DNA from: Laetmonice hystrix
Lineage: Eukaryota
Length of the DNA: 64,000 nucleotides
NCBI GenBank assembly: GCA_965235115.1
Contig: OZ249436.1
Location: 22,322,001-22,386,000, forward strand
Direction of reading: 5' to 3'
A program made the translations under genes and the position numbers. The notes beneath the pieces are model-generated. The model did no database searches and had not been told where the DNA came from. It saw only the letters and a list, made by a program, of their open reading frames with translations. This document shows, one piece after another, positions 28,398 through 42,892 of the stretch (positions are counted from its first letter, which is position 1; every line of letters begins with the position of its first letter).

Positions 28398-29723
28398 CCC
28401 AAGAAAAGAGCTCGATTGATTCACTAACCCTCTTTCAGAACAGTACAAATCGTTAGACAACCCTGAAATTAACTGGAAAACAAAAGCACAACACAATATG
28501 TTACATATATGATACGTGCAATTTTATGTACTCCCATTGCAATTTATTGTATACTAAATGATACATAATAGAGGAAACTGTTCCCGCAAAAGGATAGAAC
28601 AATTGCAGGATATCCATCATTATGTCACCGAGATCTACCCCCCCCCCCCCCGCCATCGAGAACGTCCACAGACATTCACACAAGGCCTCTCTCTGGTCAG
28701 AAATCTGACAGTGGTCGGAGGGCGATAGTTATGTAGATAAATCAGGATAATGAAATCAATTTGGACACACATTAGCTGCCGCCTCAGTTGTAACACAATT
28801 TCATGGCGGGACCGCTGTGCCCGGTCTGTTGCAATGGGGCCAAGACCTGACCTCTACGCCTTCATTAGTGACCTTGAGAGGGCACCCGACTAGTAGCGCC
28901 ATCTGGGGAGCTCTCGGGGGAGCGGCTCCCATCCCGCACCTCCATTGTTTTAGGCTTTGTTGCCAAAAGCTGATTATTAGTCTTCACCAACAATTATCTT
29001 GTAATGTGAGTTGTACTCTTTGTTGTAATAGATTATAGGTTGACTATCTGTATTATTGATAACCCTTACAATCCCTTTGACCGATAAAACACTCCTCGGT
29101 CGATGATTCATGGTTCCCTAAAAATAGGTACAACATAAAAATAAAATAATAACAAAAAGGTGCTTTCCTCCTTTAATAGTTCTTTTGATTTTCTGTGCTT
29201 TGTATCCTAGATATCTGATGTCATGTTTGCCGTCCGTATGAAACACCTAGGTGAGTAAGAACTACAATGAGAGAGGAGGATGAAGAGTTGTGAGGTGAGC
29301 TTCCATTGTTTGCGGGAATACTGACGTGAACGTGACGATTGGGTTAGAGGGACCGACGGACACCCTAACACGTGTCGGCGCCCCAACAACCACCGTAAAA
29401 AAGATCAACTGACGCTCATAATTGATGAGCATCATATTGACCAAAAGGTAATCAGGTTGAGGGATGGTGTCGGGGGAGGGAGGCTGAGTGAGGCCTTCTC
29501 TGACCGGCGTCTTTGACAGACAGACCGGCCACACCTCTGATACTGTCGGGGGAGGGGGGGGGGGGGGGGTACCACAAACATGACGCGTCAGTTCGGAGAG
29601 CAGACAGTTACAATAGTACCGGGTAACTGATCATCTCACCATACAGTAGGCCAAACATATATACGGTATACCTCAACCATCCACATCCACACATCCCAAC
29701 ATATACTATACACATACACCGCC

Positions 29724-31865
29724 CAACATATACCCCAACCATCCATACACACCACCCAACATATACCTCAACCATCCATACACACCACCCAACATATACC
29801 TCAACCATCCATACACACCACCCAACATATACCTCAACCATCCATACACACCACCCAACATATACCTCAACCATCCATACACACCACCCAACATATACCT
29901 CAACCATCCATACACACCACCCAACATATACCTCAACCATCCATACACACCACCCAACATATACCTCAACCATCCATACACACCACCCAACATATACCTC
30001 AACCATCCATACACACCACCCAACATATACCTCAACCATCCATACACACCACCCAACATATACCTCAACCATCCATACACACCACCCAACATATACCTCA
30101 ACCATCCATACACACCACCCAACATATACCTCAACCATCCATACACACCACCCAACATATACCTCAACCATCCATACACACCACCCAACATATACCCCAA
30201 CCATCCATACACACCACCCAACATATACCCCAACCATCCATACACACCAACCAACATATACCCCAACCATCCATACACACCACCCAACATATACCTCAAC
30301 CATCCATACACACCACCCAACATATACCTCAACCATCCATACACACCACCCAACATATACCTCAACCATCCATACACACCACCCAACATATACCTCAACC
30401 ATCCATACACACCACCCAACATATACCTCAACCATCCATACACACCACCCAACATATACCTCAACCATCCATACACACCACCCAACATATACCTCAACCA
30501 TCCATACACACCACCCAACATATACCTCAACCATCCATACACACCACCCAACATATACCTCAACCATCCATACACACCACCCAACATATACCTCAACCAT
30601 CCATACACACCACCCAACATATACCTCAACCATCCATACACACCACCCAACATATACCTCAACCATCCATACACACCACCCAACATATACCTCAACCATC
30701 CATACACACCACCCAACATATACCTCAACCATCCATACACACCACCCAACATATACCTCAACCATCCATACACACCACCCAACATATACCTCAACCATCC
30801 ATACACACCACCCAACATATACCTCAACCATCCATACACACCACCCAACATATACCTCAACCATCCATACACACCACCCAACATATACCTCAACCATCCA
30901 TACACACCACCCAACATATACCTCAACCATCCATACACACCACCCAACATATACCTCAACCATCCATACACACCACCCAACATATACCTCAACCATCCAT
31001 ACACACCACCCAACATATACCTCAACCATCCATACACACCACCCAACATATACCTCAACCATCCATACACACCACCCAACATATACCTCAACCATCCATA
31101 CACACCACCCAACATATACCTCAACCATCCATACACACCACCCAACATATACCTCAACCATCCATACACACCACCCAACATATACCTCAACCATCCATAC
31201 ACACCACCCAACATATACCTCAACCATCCATACACACCACCCAACATATACCTCAACCATCCATACACACCACCCAACATATACCTCAACCATCCATACA
31301 CACCACCCAACATATACCTCAACCATCCATACACACCACCCAACATATACCTCAACCATCCATACACACCACCCAACATATACCTCAACCATCCATACAC
31401 ACCACCCAACATATACCTCAACCATCCATACACACCACCCAACATATACCTCAACCATCCATACACACCACCCAACATATACCTCAACCATCCATACACA
31501 CCACCCAACATATACCTCAACCATCCATACACACCACCCAACATATACCTCAACCATCCATACACACCACCCAACATATACCTCAACCATCCATACACAC
31601 CACCCAACATATACCTCAACCATCCATACACACCACCCAACATATACCTCAACCATCCATACACACCACCCAACATATACCTCAACCATCCATACACACC
31701 ACCCAACATATACCTCAACCATCCATACACACCACCCAACATATACCTCAACCATCCATACACACCACCCAACATATACCTCAACCATCCATACACACCA
31801 CCCAACATATACCTCAACCATCCATACACACCACCCAACATATACCTCAACCATCCATACACACC
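29724..31865. repeat. Highly homogeneous minisatellite, 33-bp G-free unit (aacatatacctcaaccatccatacacaccaccc), ~65 copies
   Basis: Direct repetition with only a few variant units (near 29730 and 30195-30265); degenerate related units flank both sides. Confidence 0.99.
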
Positions 31866-34822
31866 AGCCCAGCCACCAGTGACAGTGCTTACACCCAACA
31901 TCTACAACGTACATACAACCTAGATACCCCACCAAAAGTGTATACCACCCAACATCTGAAGCACGAATATATATCCCAACATCTATACCAAGTACATACA
32001 ACCCGCCACACCCAACCCAAGAGTACACACCAACCAACATCTACGCCACCTCACCTAAACTATTTATTCTAAACACATGGATATCAATCAACGGTCTACA
32101 CCAACCTACAATGTTCACATCCTAACCAAACCAATAGGCTACTTGAATTAGTGCATCTAAACTAAGAAAACATACAGAATCATCTGTACTATAGCATAGA
32201 AATATCCGAGGTGCATGTATATGCTTTAACTATTCTTAACTTTGGCAAATTGTGTGCTACCTTTCTATATATTTTTTTATGGGTCATACAATTATGGGTC
32301 ATTCATGGGTTATGTGTAATACCGACCCGTGTATTCTGTGAATCTCCTGCGCCTTACGGTGTGAACTGGTGACGGGCCTCATTCCCCGCCTTGTCCATTG
32401 TCCTGAAATCTTAAGCAGCCCCACCCCCTCCGTACGGCAAGCCCCTGGTCACAATGAGAAGACACAATGTGTGTTTAATCCACATCATTTTCATAGTTCA
32501 CCGTGTGGGGCCCTCAATCGTTACTAATTTAGGATCTTCACTAAAGGTTCTTGTTTGCTGATAGAAGCAAAGAATCCTCGATCCATGGATCAATAGGATG
32601 GTCGGAGTTGGCCCCATTCACCCCTCCAATTATCTCACACTCCCCCTTGCCATCTGATCCGTCCTGTTCTCGCTCCCCTTTTTTCTCACGCCCGTCCCAG
32701 AATGAATGCAACACCCACCCAGTTTTTTGTGTTCGCGCAATGTTTCATTGTTATAGGCCCCAGCTCCAACAAGGGCTAAATGAGAATATTGGATCATATC
32801 TGGACAAGGTGATGATGGGTCGAGTCGGAGGACGGGTTTAGATGGCGGCCGTAATGATAGCTGTCGACCCGATAATCACCGATACCCACTGTTCGTCGGC
32901 TCACGTCGGCGATTGTTGCCATCAGCCAACGAAACACGACCCGACCCCGCCATCGTTTGCTAATGACGTGTTTGTCTTTGTGCGTAAGTGGTAATTAAAT
33001 TCCAGCGCATGATTATATCGTGGACGACTGGGCTGTGGACGGGGGCGGGCAAGGAGTGGGGCCAGGGGCTGGGTCAGGTTTCATCGTCCTCGGTTGATTG
33101 GATGATCAGGGGCGGACAAAGGTAAGCGGTCGGTGGAGTTCGTAAACAGAGGTCGCTGTTCTCCCGGGTGAAGGGCACGACTCGAGTCTTTAACCTACCA
33201 CGTCAATGAAACTCAACGTCATCCCCAAGGTATAGTTCGAAAAACTTATCTACAGGGTGTATAGAGGTTGTGTAGAAAAGTCAGGCTTCATGTTTTTCAC
33301 ATTGTTCGCAATGTTTGAAATATTCGGAGGTTAACTGCGGTACAAATCCCCTAGTTGGATATTGTGTACCCTGGGATGTTCCCTTAATGCACTAGACAAC
33401 GTTTTTATACATCTCACTTCCATACATATTTTGAGGTTGCTGGGATCCTTTATTTACGGGGGGGGGGGGGGGGGGTAGTTCAAACCGTTCATTACGCCGA
33501 CAAAAGATCTGCTGAATTTCGTGCAAAATTACACACTTATTGGATCTAAGATAACAAAACACGTGAGATAACTTTACACACAAGATAAATGTACCATCAC
33601 TTAGTAGGGTTGCGCTTGTTGCGTTATTGGTTTAAAAAAAGCAAACCCACAGAAAAAACGCCTTTTCGGAATGGCGGTTTGTGAAAAATAATATTCAAAA
33701 ACGTTTACTCCTGATCATATATCAGGTTGCACACTGCATCACTGAATCATGGCATTACTTCCCGCTGGTCACACAGAGATGACTTTATATTACTAGCGTA
33801 CTAGGATCTGTAGATTTGCAGCATCATACGACGGCATCCAGTCCACTGCAGGTATACTCCCATTGTGATCATCACCACCACCACCACCATGCACCACCAC
33901 CAATACCTGTAGTCCAGCCGCACCACCTGGCCTACTCCCACGCTGACCCCAGCTCAATAAGTGTCCCTTACAGTCCACCTGTAAGAGTACACCTAACCTT
34001 CTCTATCCATCTGTTTGATGTCTTAAGTAGATCAATGCCTCATTGTATGTGTTCCAATTATTATATTTACCGCTGAAAATGTAGGTCAAAGGTCAGTGCC
34101 GGTGCGGTATGGTCAAGGAATCCAACACGGTATTTCTAGCGATTATTCGGTACAATAGTCTTAAGTATACCTAGAAATCACCTGCCCATATGTAAGGAAT
34201 ACCAGGGGTGTACCTATAACAGAAATATACTGGACACCAGCAGCCGGATTACAACCTGACCTAATGTTGGGTTCACCGGGTCGTATCCTTGACAACAGTT
34301 TCCTATAGTCGACGTTTTCTAGTCTGCCTATGTTAACGGCAGCGTCTCTATATCAACACGACGCATACGTAATAATTTAGCATAAACTAAGCCAGGCCGA
34401 CGTCAGATCAAAGAATTGTTGTTGTTTGTTATAAACTACTCCGGAGAGCACTTTAACTGTCACGTAAACAGCAAACTTAGGTCTCCCTGAGGCAGCAATC
34501 AAAGGGCCGGCAATGTGGTCTCATTAGTAGAGTAAGGGCTGTACATCAGAGGTGAACGTCTTTCGCTCTCTCCCGATTAATGGAGCATCGGTTCAGCCAA
34601 CCTTGATCATCAGTCACATCAATTAGAGGGCCAACCTCCATCTAAATACACACGTCACCGGGCAGGCGCTTTTAGTCCAGCGCTTTTGTTGCAGGCCGTA
34701 CAGGCCTGGTCGTAGTAGGACATCTGACAGGCCTGACGGCATATGACAGGCTCTCTCTCTCTCAGTCACCTGTCAGACCTCATAGAGTCACGGGTCAACG
34801 GCTTTGATCTCCACGCTCTATC

Positions 34823-35207
34823 GACCATGGAATCTTACCTGTACACTACCTTGGGCAACCCTAGAAATACGGAGTGACGACATGACATCCACATCCATGA
34901 CCATGGAATCTTACCTCTACACTACCTTGGGAAACCCTAGAAATATGGAGTGACGACATGACATCCACATCCATGACCATGGAATCTTACCTCTACACTA
35001 CCTTGGGCAACCCTAGAAATACGGAGTGACGACATGACATCCACATCCATGACCATGGAATCTTACCTGTACACTACCTTGGGCAACCCTAGAAATACGG
35101 AGTGACGACATGACATCCACATCCATGACCATGGAATCTTACCTCTACACTACCTTGGGCAACCCTAGAAATACGGAGTTTCGACGTCACATGACATTCA
35201 CATCCAT
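34823..35207. repeat. Tandem repeat, 76-bp unit, ~5 copies
   Basis: gaccatggaatcttacc recurs at 34823, 34899, 34975, 35051 and 35127. Confidence 0.96.
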
Positions 35208-35759
35208 TACGCAACAGGTCATTATCATGAGGACCACCCCGACACAAACGATTTACGCCAGTCTCTCAAGGACGGTCATGTGACAAATCACCAGCGTTCT
35301 AACTACGAGTGTACTTAATGGTTTCAATAAAAACTCAATTTATGCCTGTGTATGTCTTTTAAATATGTTGGCCTATTAATCTTTTAATATGATTCGCTAA
35401 CACTGATCACTGAATTAAATATACCGACCAATACACGGTATGACTGCCCCCTCCCCGGCTGACTGAGGTTATAGGCTACGACTGGCTGATGAATGCTAAC
35501 ATCCGTCCATAGACCAGGTCTAGATATTGGTCCGGCCCCTGATTAACAACAAGAGCTGTCTCTATATTACAGAGCTGGGCTCGCCTCACCTGTTCAATGA
35601 AGACGTGTGGCATGGCGCGCCTTGACCAACACCACTCTCCACTGTAACAAATGACCCTCTCTCTGTGCCCTGCATCAATGCCCTATTTCTCTTCTCTCTC
35701 TACTGCACCCCCGGGATAGGATTTAAAGCGTCTCCGGTGCAAATGTCTTAATGCCATCT

Positions 35760-35773
35760 GTTACCATGGCAAC
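35760..35773. promoter_or_regulatory. RFX X-box-like motif (GTTACCATGGCAAC)
   Basis: Matches the X-box consensus GTTNCCATGGNAAC. Motif match only. Confidence 0.4.
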
Positions 35774-35863
35774 GAGACAGCTTGGAGTTTGTGTTTCCAT
35801 TAAAACATCGAAGGCAACGAGGCATGTGTGACGTGGGGGAGCGAACTGTGGTAAAAGCTGCTT

Positions 35864-37370
35864 GACACACTGCTGTCTGATGGGTCCACTGGGGAGACCT
35901 AGAGTCTCCTCCGACACGTAGAACACGTCTACTCACAGACCTGGAGCGGAGACTGCATGTCCCCTCACAGACACACTGCTGTCTGATGGGTCCACTGGGG
36001 AGACCTAGAGTCTCCTCAGACACGTAGAACACGTCTTCTCACAGACCTGGAGCGGAGACTGCATGTCCCCTCACAGACACACTGCTGTCTGATGGGTCCA
36101 CTGGGGAGACCTAGAGTCTCCTCAGACACGTAGAACACGTCTACGCACAGACCTAGAGCGGAGACTGCATGCTCCCTCACAGACATGGGGCTGAGACTGC
36201 ATGTTCCCTCACAGACACAGGGCTGAGACTGCATGTCCCCTCACAGACCCGTGGCTGAGACTGCATACTCCCTCACAGACACGGGGCTGAGACTGCATGC
36301 TCCCTCACAGACACGGGGCTGAGACTGCATGCTCCCTCACAGACACGGGGCGGAAACTGCATGTCCCCTCACAGACACGGGGCTGAGACTGCATGTCCCC
36401 TCCCAGACACAGGGCTGAGACTGCATACTCCCTCACAGACCCGGGGCTGAGACTGCATGCTCCCTCACAGACCCGGGGCGGAGACTGCATACTCCCTCAC
36501 AGACACGGGGCTGAGACTGCATGTCCCCTCACAGACACGGGGCGGAGACTGCATACTCCCTCACAGACACGGGGCTGAGATTCTGTCCCCTCAAAGACAC
36601 GGGCTCAGACTTCATACTCCCTCACAGACACGGGGCTGAGACTGCATGCTCCCTTACAGACACGGGGCTGAGACTGCATGCTCCCTCACAGACAGGGGCT
36701 GAGACTGCGTGTTCCCCCACAGACACGGGCTGAGACTGCATGCTCCCTTACAGGCACGGGGCTGAGACTGCATGCTCCCTCACAGACACGGGCTGAGACT
36801 GCATGCTCCCTCACAGACACGGGCTGAGACTGCATGCTCCCTCACAGACACGGGCTGAGACTGCATGTCCCCTCACAGACACGGGCTGAGACTGCATGCT
36901 CCCTCACAGACACGGGCTGAGACTGCATGTCCCGTCACAGACACGGGGCTGAGACTGCATGCTCCCTTACAGACACGGGGCTGAGACTGCATGCTCCCTC
37001 ACAGACACGGGGCTGAGACTGCGTGTTCCCCCACAGACACGGGCTGAGACTGCATGCTCCCTTACAGGCACGGGGCTGAGACTGCATGCTCCCTCACAGA
37101 CACGGGGCTGAGACTGCTTGTTCCCCCACAGACACGGGCTGAGACTGCATGCTCCCTTACAGACACGGGGCTGAGAATGCATGTCCCCTCCCAGACACGG
37201 GCTGAGACTGCGTGTTCCCCCACAGACATGGGGCTAAGACTGCATGTCCCCTCACAGACACGGGGCTGGGATTCTGTCTCCTCAAAGACACGGGGCTGAG
37301 ACTGCATGCTCCCTTACAGACACGAGGCTGAGACTCAGTCTCGTCACAGACAGGGGGCTGAGACTGCCTG
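35864..37370. repeat. Compound tandem repeat: 3 x 106-bp unit followed by a long run of a 31/32-bp unit (cacagacacggggctgagactgcatgctccct)
   Basis: tgctgtctgatggg at 35871, 35977 and 36083; the 31/32-bp unit runs from about 36150 to 37370. Confidence 0.96.
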
Positions 37371-40300
37371 AGTACAGTACCCGTGCATGGCCGGTTGCTG
37401 ATTGCTAAAATCTATTAAAAACAACACTTGTATAAAGCAGATTTTCGGCTACATACCGTTTTCAAATACATGCGCATACTTGAATTGAAGATAGGCGAGA
37501 GTTATATTGCCAGCCATGTGTCTAAGTGCCTACTTGAGGCATAACCGTTCTGTTAATGAATGTATCACATGCCATGGACACACAGTGCACGACAATAGCA
37601 CATTATAACAACTTTCATTCAATCCATTTTAATGCCATGCTAAGTGTAATTTTTGTTCAAACGAAGTCTATCGCAAGATTCGGAAATGAATTTCTTAAAT
37701 CTTCTGGGAAGTGAATTAGTTTATAAAGCATCAGTGAAATCATTTCCTGGTATATTTTCGATCCGTATCGCCGCCGTGCAGTATCTAACGTTGGCGGAAA
37801 CCTCCCATTGACTCGTGAAATAGCTGAGTGAATCAAAACTATCAGAAAATAGAGAAATCATCGTCAGCAAACAGGTGTTCGGGTATGTCATCCTCGTCTA
37901 GGGAAGATGATTTCCTTGCATCACGTTTTTCACTTTTCCCTCATTAATGTTCACTTTGTAGTACGTCCTGGTCATCTGGCCGCATTCCCTGGCCGCCAGG
38001 TGGCCATGCGGCTCACCGTCATGGAAACACCAGGGCGGAGAGACAACGATCCAGGCCGTGAAACACATCCTTTTTCCTGATCAGTCAGCCATTTTATTCA
38101 CGTAGGTTGTGAAAGCAACCTGCTCATTTGATAACACATTATCCGATATATTTTGTTTGCCGATCGATATTTAGATTGTGTCTAATCACGTGTGTGCCTG
38201 ACAAAAAGGACGTTGTGTGATGCATACGTTCACGCCTGACATCACAGCGAAAGATGTCATGTGGACGAAGATACACCTTTCTAAAACATTAAATAACACA
38301 GTTGGATGATTTATGAACATACAAAAGAGTGTACAAATAAAAGATAAGAATAAACCTTGTTATGTTATGTGTGTGCACCAGTAGAAATATTACGAACGCG
38401 TGACGCAATGGTTGTCTTGTTTCCCTGTAACGCCTGGCAGTGGTTTTAATGGAAATACAGAGATGTCTTAAATTGCAAACTCAACCAACACTAGGTTAGA
38501 GCCTCTCCCAACACCTTGAAATTATAACTCGCAGCACGGAACAGGTCTTTTTTTACAGTCATCTTTTCTCCCCGGCACATTACGGCGGTAAATTGAAGAA
38601 GTGACTTAGACGTGGCCACTTGAGGAAACGTAACTCCTCGTGCTGCGTTCTTCCTTACAAACCCTGTACCGGAGTACCTGGAAACAACCAGGCCTGGATG
38701 GAAGCAGCCACATTTTTTCCTACATCCCTCATTTTCTTTCTGAACGCTTAATTTTCAAGATTTCCAGTTTGAACGCGACTGCCATTTAAGAGCTTTGGAA
38801 CATCAATGAAAAATGAGCAGCAGGCCTTGGAGGGGGAATGTGTTTAAGGTACTAGTATCAACCCTTTGTGTACCGAGTGGGTCCTTAAGAAAGCTGTAAG
38901 ATACTTGATGTAGTCTAAGATATGTAAAGTCTGCGCCGTAAGTCAGGCACTCCAGCCGGCATGGAGCTACCATTTATACGTACACCTGTCTGGGGGTCCG
39001 GGTACCTGGGGGACACCCAGGTGTGCACACAACTCTTGAACTCTGCCTGCATCGATGGTTCGTCTTGTTCTCCTAACAATATATCATCGTAGATAATTCA
39101 GATCTCAACATTTACCTCCACCGTATAACGACGACCCAATAAACTTATTAAAGATCTGCATACACGTAATAGTCAAAGACAAATTCAAATGTGTACTGAA
39201 CCTCACCCTATAAGTTTTACCGTTAATAAAAGGAGAAGTCTTAACATGAAACAGCTACCCCAAAGTTACTTCATATCATGCAACTACAAAATGCTCCCTC
39301 ATTGAGGCGTTTTCATCTTAGAAAATCAAAACGTTGCCAACACAACGTACAAAGCTTTCCCATCATGCTGATAAACCAGCCACAATCGCAGTTGGCTTCA
39401 GTGTCTGATAATAAACCACTTTGCTGTGTCCACGGTCAATGGAGTTGAATGACCTCGGACTCGATGCCTCGACCGAAAGTCGCTGTGCACCAAATCCAGG
39501 AACGCAAAACAGAGCTCAACGAAAAACTTTACATGGAGCACACGGACTGGATGTTGCTCCCTGAAAATATACCCAACCTCCCCCGACATGGCACGATGGC
39601 AACAGTATATATTTGAAGGACCGTAAGTCGTCGCGTGGCAGTGAAAGGTATTGTAAAACGTCCGACCACAGACATAAATGTCTTGAGTTACCATCTGTCT
39701 AACGTGTCACCAGCGACGATGATTTCTAAACGTCCCACGTTTACCTGTTCAGATTTTGTTACAAACAATCCCAGAGTCTCATGAAACCTAAACAAAAACC
39801 AAAGGACCATCCTTTCTGACCCACCCATGCTGAACCGTCCTTGTCTGACTTACCAATCGTCCCCCATTCAATGCCAATTCCTCTGGCCTTTCCCTTGGTT
39901 TAGTCAATGTTAGGGAAAATCCCCCTCCCCCACCCCACTTACTCGAAACACGGCAGAATTTACACAAATACTTGGGCGCGTATGAATGGCGCTGGCAGCC
40001 GACGGCCGCGCCTGTCATGCAGTCAGGAAGGTTGTGACACGCAACTGTTCCTGGCTGTGAGTGTTGCTGCAGTGAGCACATTATTTGGTGTTGTACTGGC
40101 GCTGGTAGTAGTATGGCACCAGTTTACCCCACCGTGAGGGTAGGTTGTGTATGGTGTGTGCGTGTCGTGCAGCCACCAGATACTCGTCCCCCACATCAGC
40201 GGCGTGTGTGTACATCATGTCCGTAATAAACTCACCCATTCCATACACCGGTGACGACTGTTTCGCATGTGACAAGAGTGCTGGGCGTAATCTGTGATAA

Positions 40301-41235
40301 TGATCTCGAAATATGTCTGCCCATTGTTGCCGATCTGTACCTAATGCTCACGGGCCCGAAACCATGCCACAATGAATTTGAAGATGACCTTGCCAAGGAC
40401 AGTGACCTTTAATTGTGTGGATGATATTTAACACATGCTAGCATGCACACAAAGGTGTATCAGTTATCTCAACAGTTCCCACAACTTCACAATGGCACAA
40501 GGAAACACCGATACCATTAGCTGAACTTGGAGTAAATTTAATGACTCCTTATACAAGAGAGTCCCTGCAAGACCTCTTTTTTTAGTCGTGTACGTTTTAA
40601 AACGCCTGGCACTATGACTTCCGCCAATGTAGACGATTTTCCTGTCAGTTGGCAGTGATTGACAGGTCGCCTTGTGGCTGTCATTCATAACATTCCCAGC
40701 ATGCAACTCGGTGATTAATTTGTAGCTACGCACTGGCTTTATATACCTGTGGGCCGCCTCTGACTCGACCTTTCCCGACAATCGGGCACAATACCCCCGC
40801 CCTCCTACAAATAACAATCTACCATTCTCTCCGGTTGACTGAACACCAACCGTGACGGCAACCCATCAATACATAGTAACAATGATTCTCTCTCAAATTT
40901 AGGTCAAGAACACCGCCAGATTTAAATAACAGAGTCCATGCTTTTGACATTAGAAAATCTAAGAATTTATTTTTCATTTCATAAAGCATTCTTGATAGGA
41001 AACGTTTATTTATACATACGTATACACGTAAAGATAACAAGAGCAATTCAATGTAATGCCTTTACAGCATAGGACAAGTTCATAATTTATAAATTCCTTT
41101 CTCAAAACGATTCTTATGAGCAGGATAATTCAGAAAGAGGTTTGGATATGTATAAGGAAATGGAAGGTTACGACTACGATGCCAAGTCAATGTAAACATA
41201 AGGAAGGAGTGCAAAACGAAAATCTGAAAACTGAG

Positions 41236-42177
41236 AAAACAAGACCCCGTCCGAGTCACAGGCCCCCAACTGTATGGATCTATATCATATGTGGACTTTG
41301 TATTTTGGGGATACAGTGCATGTGAGAACATCTTTAGCCTGACTTTGATTGACCTCACAAGGTCACTCAATGTAAAGTGAACAAGACCTATTCCGTCTTG
41401 AACATATGGTATGATTCTCACTATGTATTAGAAAGTCACTCAAGGTTGACGAAATAATTCTAAATTAAACTACATATGACTTTCTATCCATCACAAAGTC
41501 AGAACAAGTTCTGTACAAGCCATTGAAATGATACACGGCCCCAACTGACCTTTTAAGGTCCGGAAAGGTCAAAGAATACATCCTGCTACGTCATCGTCAA
41601 TTGAGCGAAATGAAAGGGCATAGGACGTTCTATTCATACTTAATAATAACTATAGCCTTTTCTTCAACTGTTTTTAAGATATAGCCATACACCTGTCGAT
41701 GGCGTCATCCGACCATTTTACGTCATGCGACGTCATGGACAATGGTGTCAAAAGAAAAGTCATATACCACTTCATGTATGTCAAAAATAGTATGAGCCAA
41801 AATATTGTTATCATAGGGGTCAAAAAACAAATATGGCCGCCATATCCGATCTGAACAGAACATAGATTGGCATGCATGTTGACCCTTATATGCCCACTTG
41901 CTGCACCATATCTGAAAGAAATTCAGATAGTTTTGACTGAGTTATTGCTCTGAATGTGTATACATGTACACGTAGATCCAAGATGGCGGCCAATTAAGCG
42001 GCCATCTTGAAGAATATTAACATATTTGTGTTTATAGCCAAGATGGCCCCTGGTGCCATTTTGAAAGATACCGAAAACCTATTTGAGGTGCATTATTCTC
42101 AGATTATCCCTGATCATTGCGTAAAGTTTCATGCAAATTGACCGAAAAGAAGCCCCCGCCCCCTTGGGTTGGCACAA
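41236..42177 (-). mobile_element. Non-autonomous Helentron/HINE-like interspersed element, copy 1
   Basis: Begins aaaacaagaccccgtccgagtcacaggcccccaact and ends agaagcccccgcccccttgggttggc. The body is rich in tgacct/aggtca and shares blocks with 56519-57337 and 60660-61762. Superfamily and strand are inferred from structure. Confidence 0.65.
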
Positions 42178-42602
42178 TCGAGTTGGCACAATTCTGGGTA
42201 CCCATATAGGCCTACTGTTTATCTCTTGCATCTTCCAGACACGAGCCTTGAGATTATGCCATTGTTAAGATTACCTTGAAGCAGGATACGAGATAAAGTC
42301 ACAATTGTAACTAATTCCCTAACAATAGGCCGCATTCTACCAAGGCGGAGTCATTAAGGCACTTGGCGGAGAGTTGCATCTCCTCAAGCGGGACCCTCTC
42401 TGGCTGTAAACAGGAGCTTCACAGCCAAACCTGGCGGGCGTGCCGACTCCCGGATATCATATAAATAATGGTTCGATAACCACCAAAACCCGACAGCAAC
42501 ATGATAGCATAACACTCCGTGCCACGACAATGACAAAACGCCACAATCAGACACTCTACCGCGTGTAATGTTCAAAGAGTATTTACAGGCCGAGTTGGCA
42601 CA

Positions 42603-42873
42603 GTGGGCTGCTACTGCACAAACAGTGGATGACAATATGCCAGGCTTGTTAACGGTTATCTCTGCCACCTGATAAAGCTGACTCCCTTGTGGACACAATC
42701 TTCCCACTTTTCTCACTTCCCACCTTGGGTAACAATAAGTGGCTGTTACTGCACAAACAGCGGATGACAATATGCCAGGCTTGTTAACGGTTATCTCTGC
42801 CACCTGATAAAGCTGACTCCCTTGTGGACACAATCTTCCCACTTTTCTCACTTCCCACCTTGGGTAACAATAA
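42603..42873. repeat. Tandem duplication of ~135 bp (2 near-identical copies)
   Basis: actgcacaaacag at 42613 and 42748, continuing to ttgggtaacaataa. Confidence 0.95.
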
Positions 42874-42892
42874 TACGTCTCACCGGATTACC

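Noticed and set aside
29608..32040. 810-aa and 731-aa ORFs (WCVWMVEVYVG / GGVYGWLRYML repeats)
   Set aside because: Open only because the 33-bp unit is a multiple of 3 and lacks stops in two frames. Intronic, near-identical at DNA level, no protein-like features.
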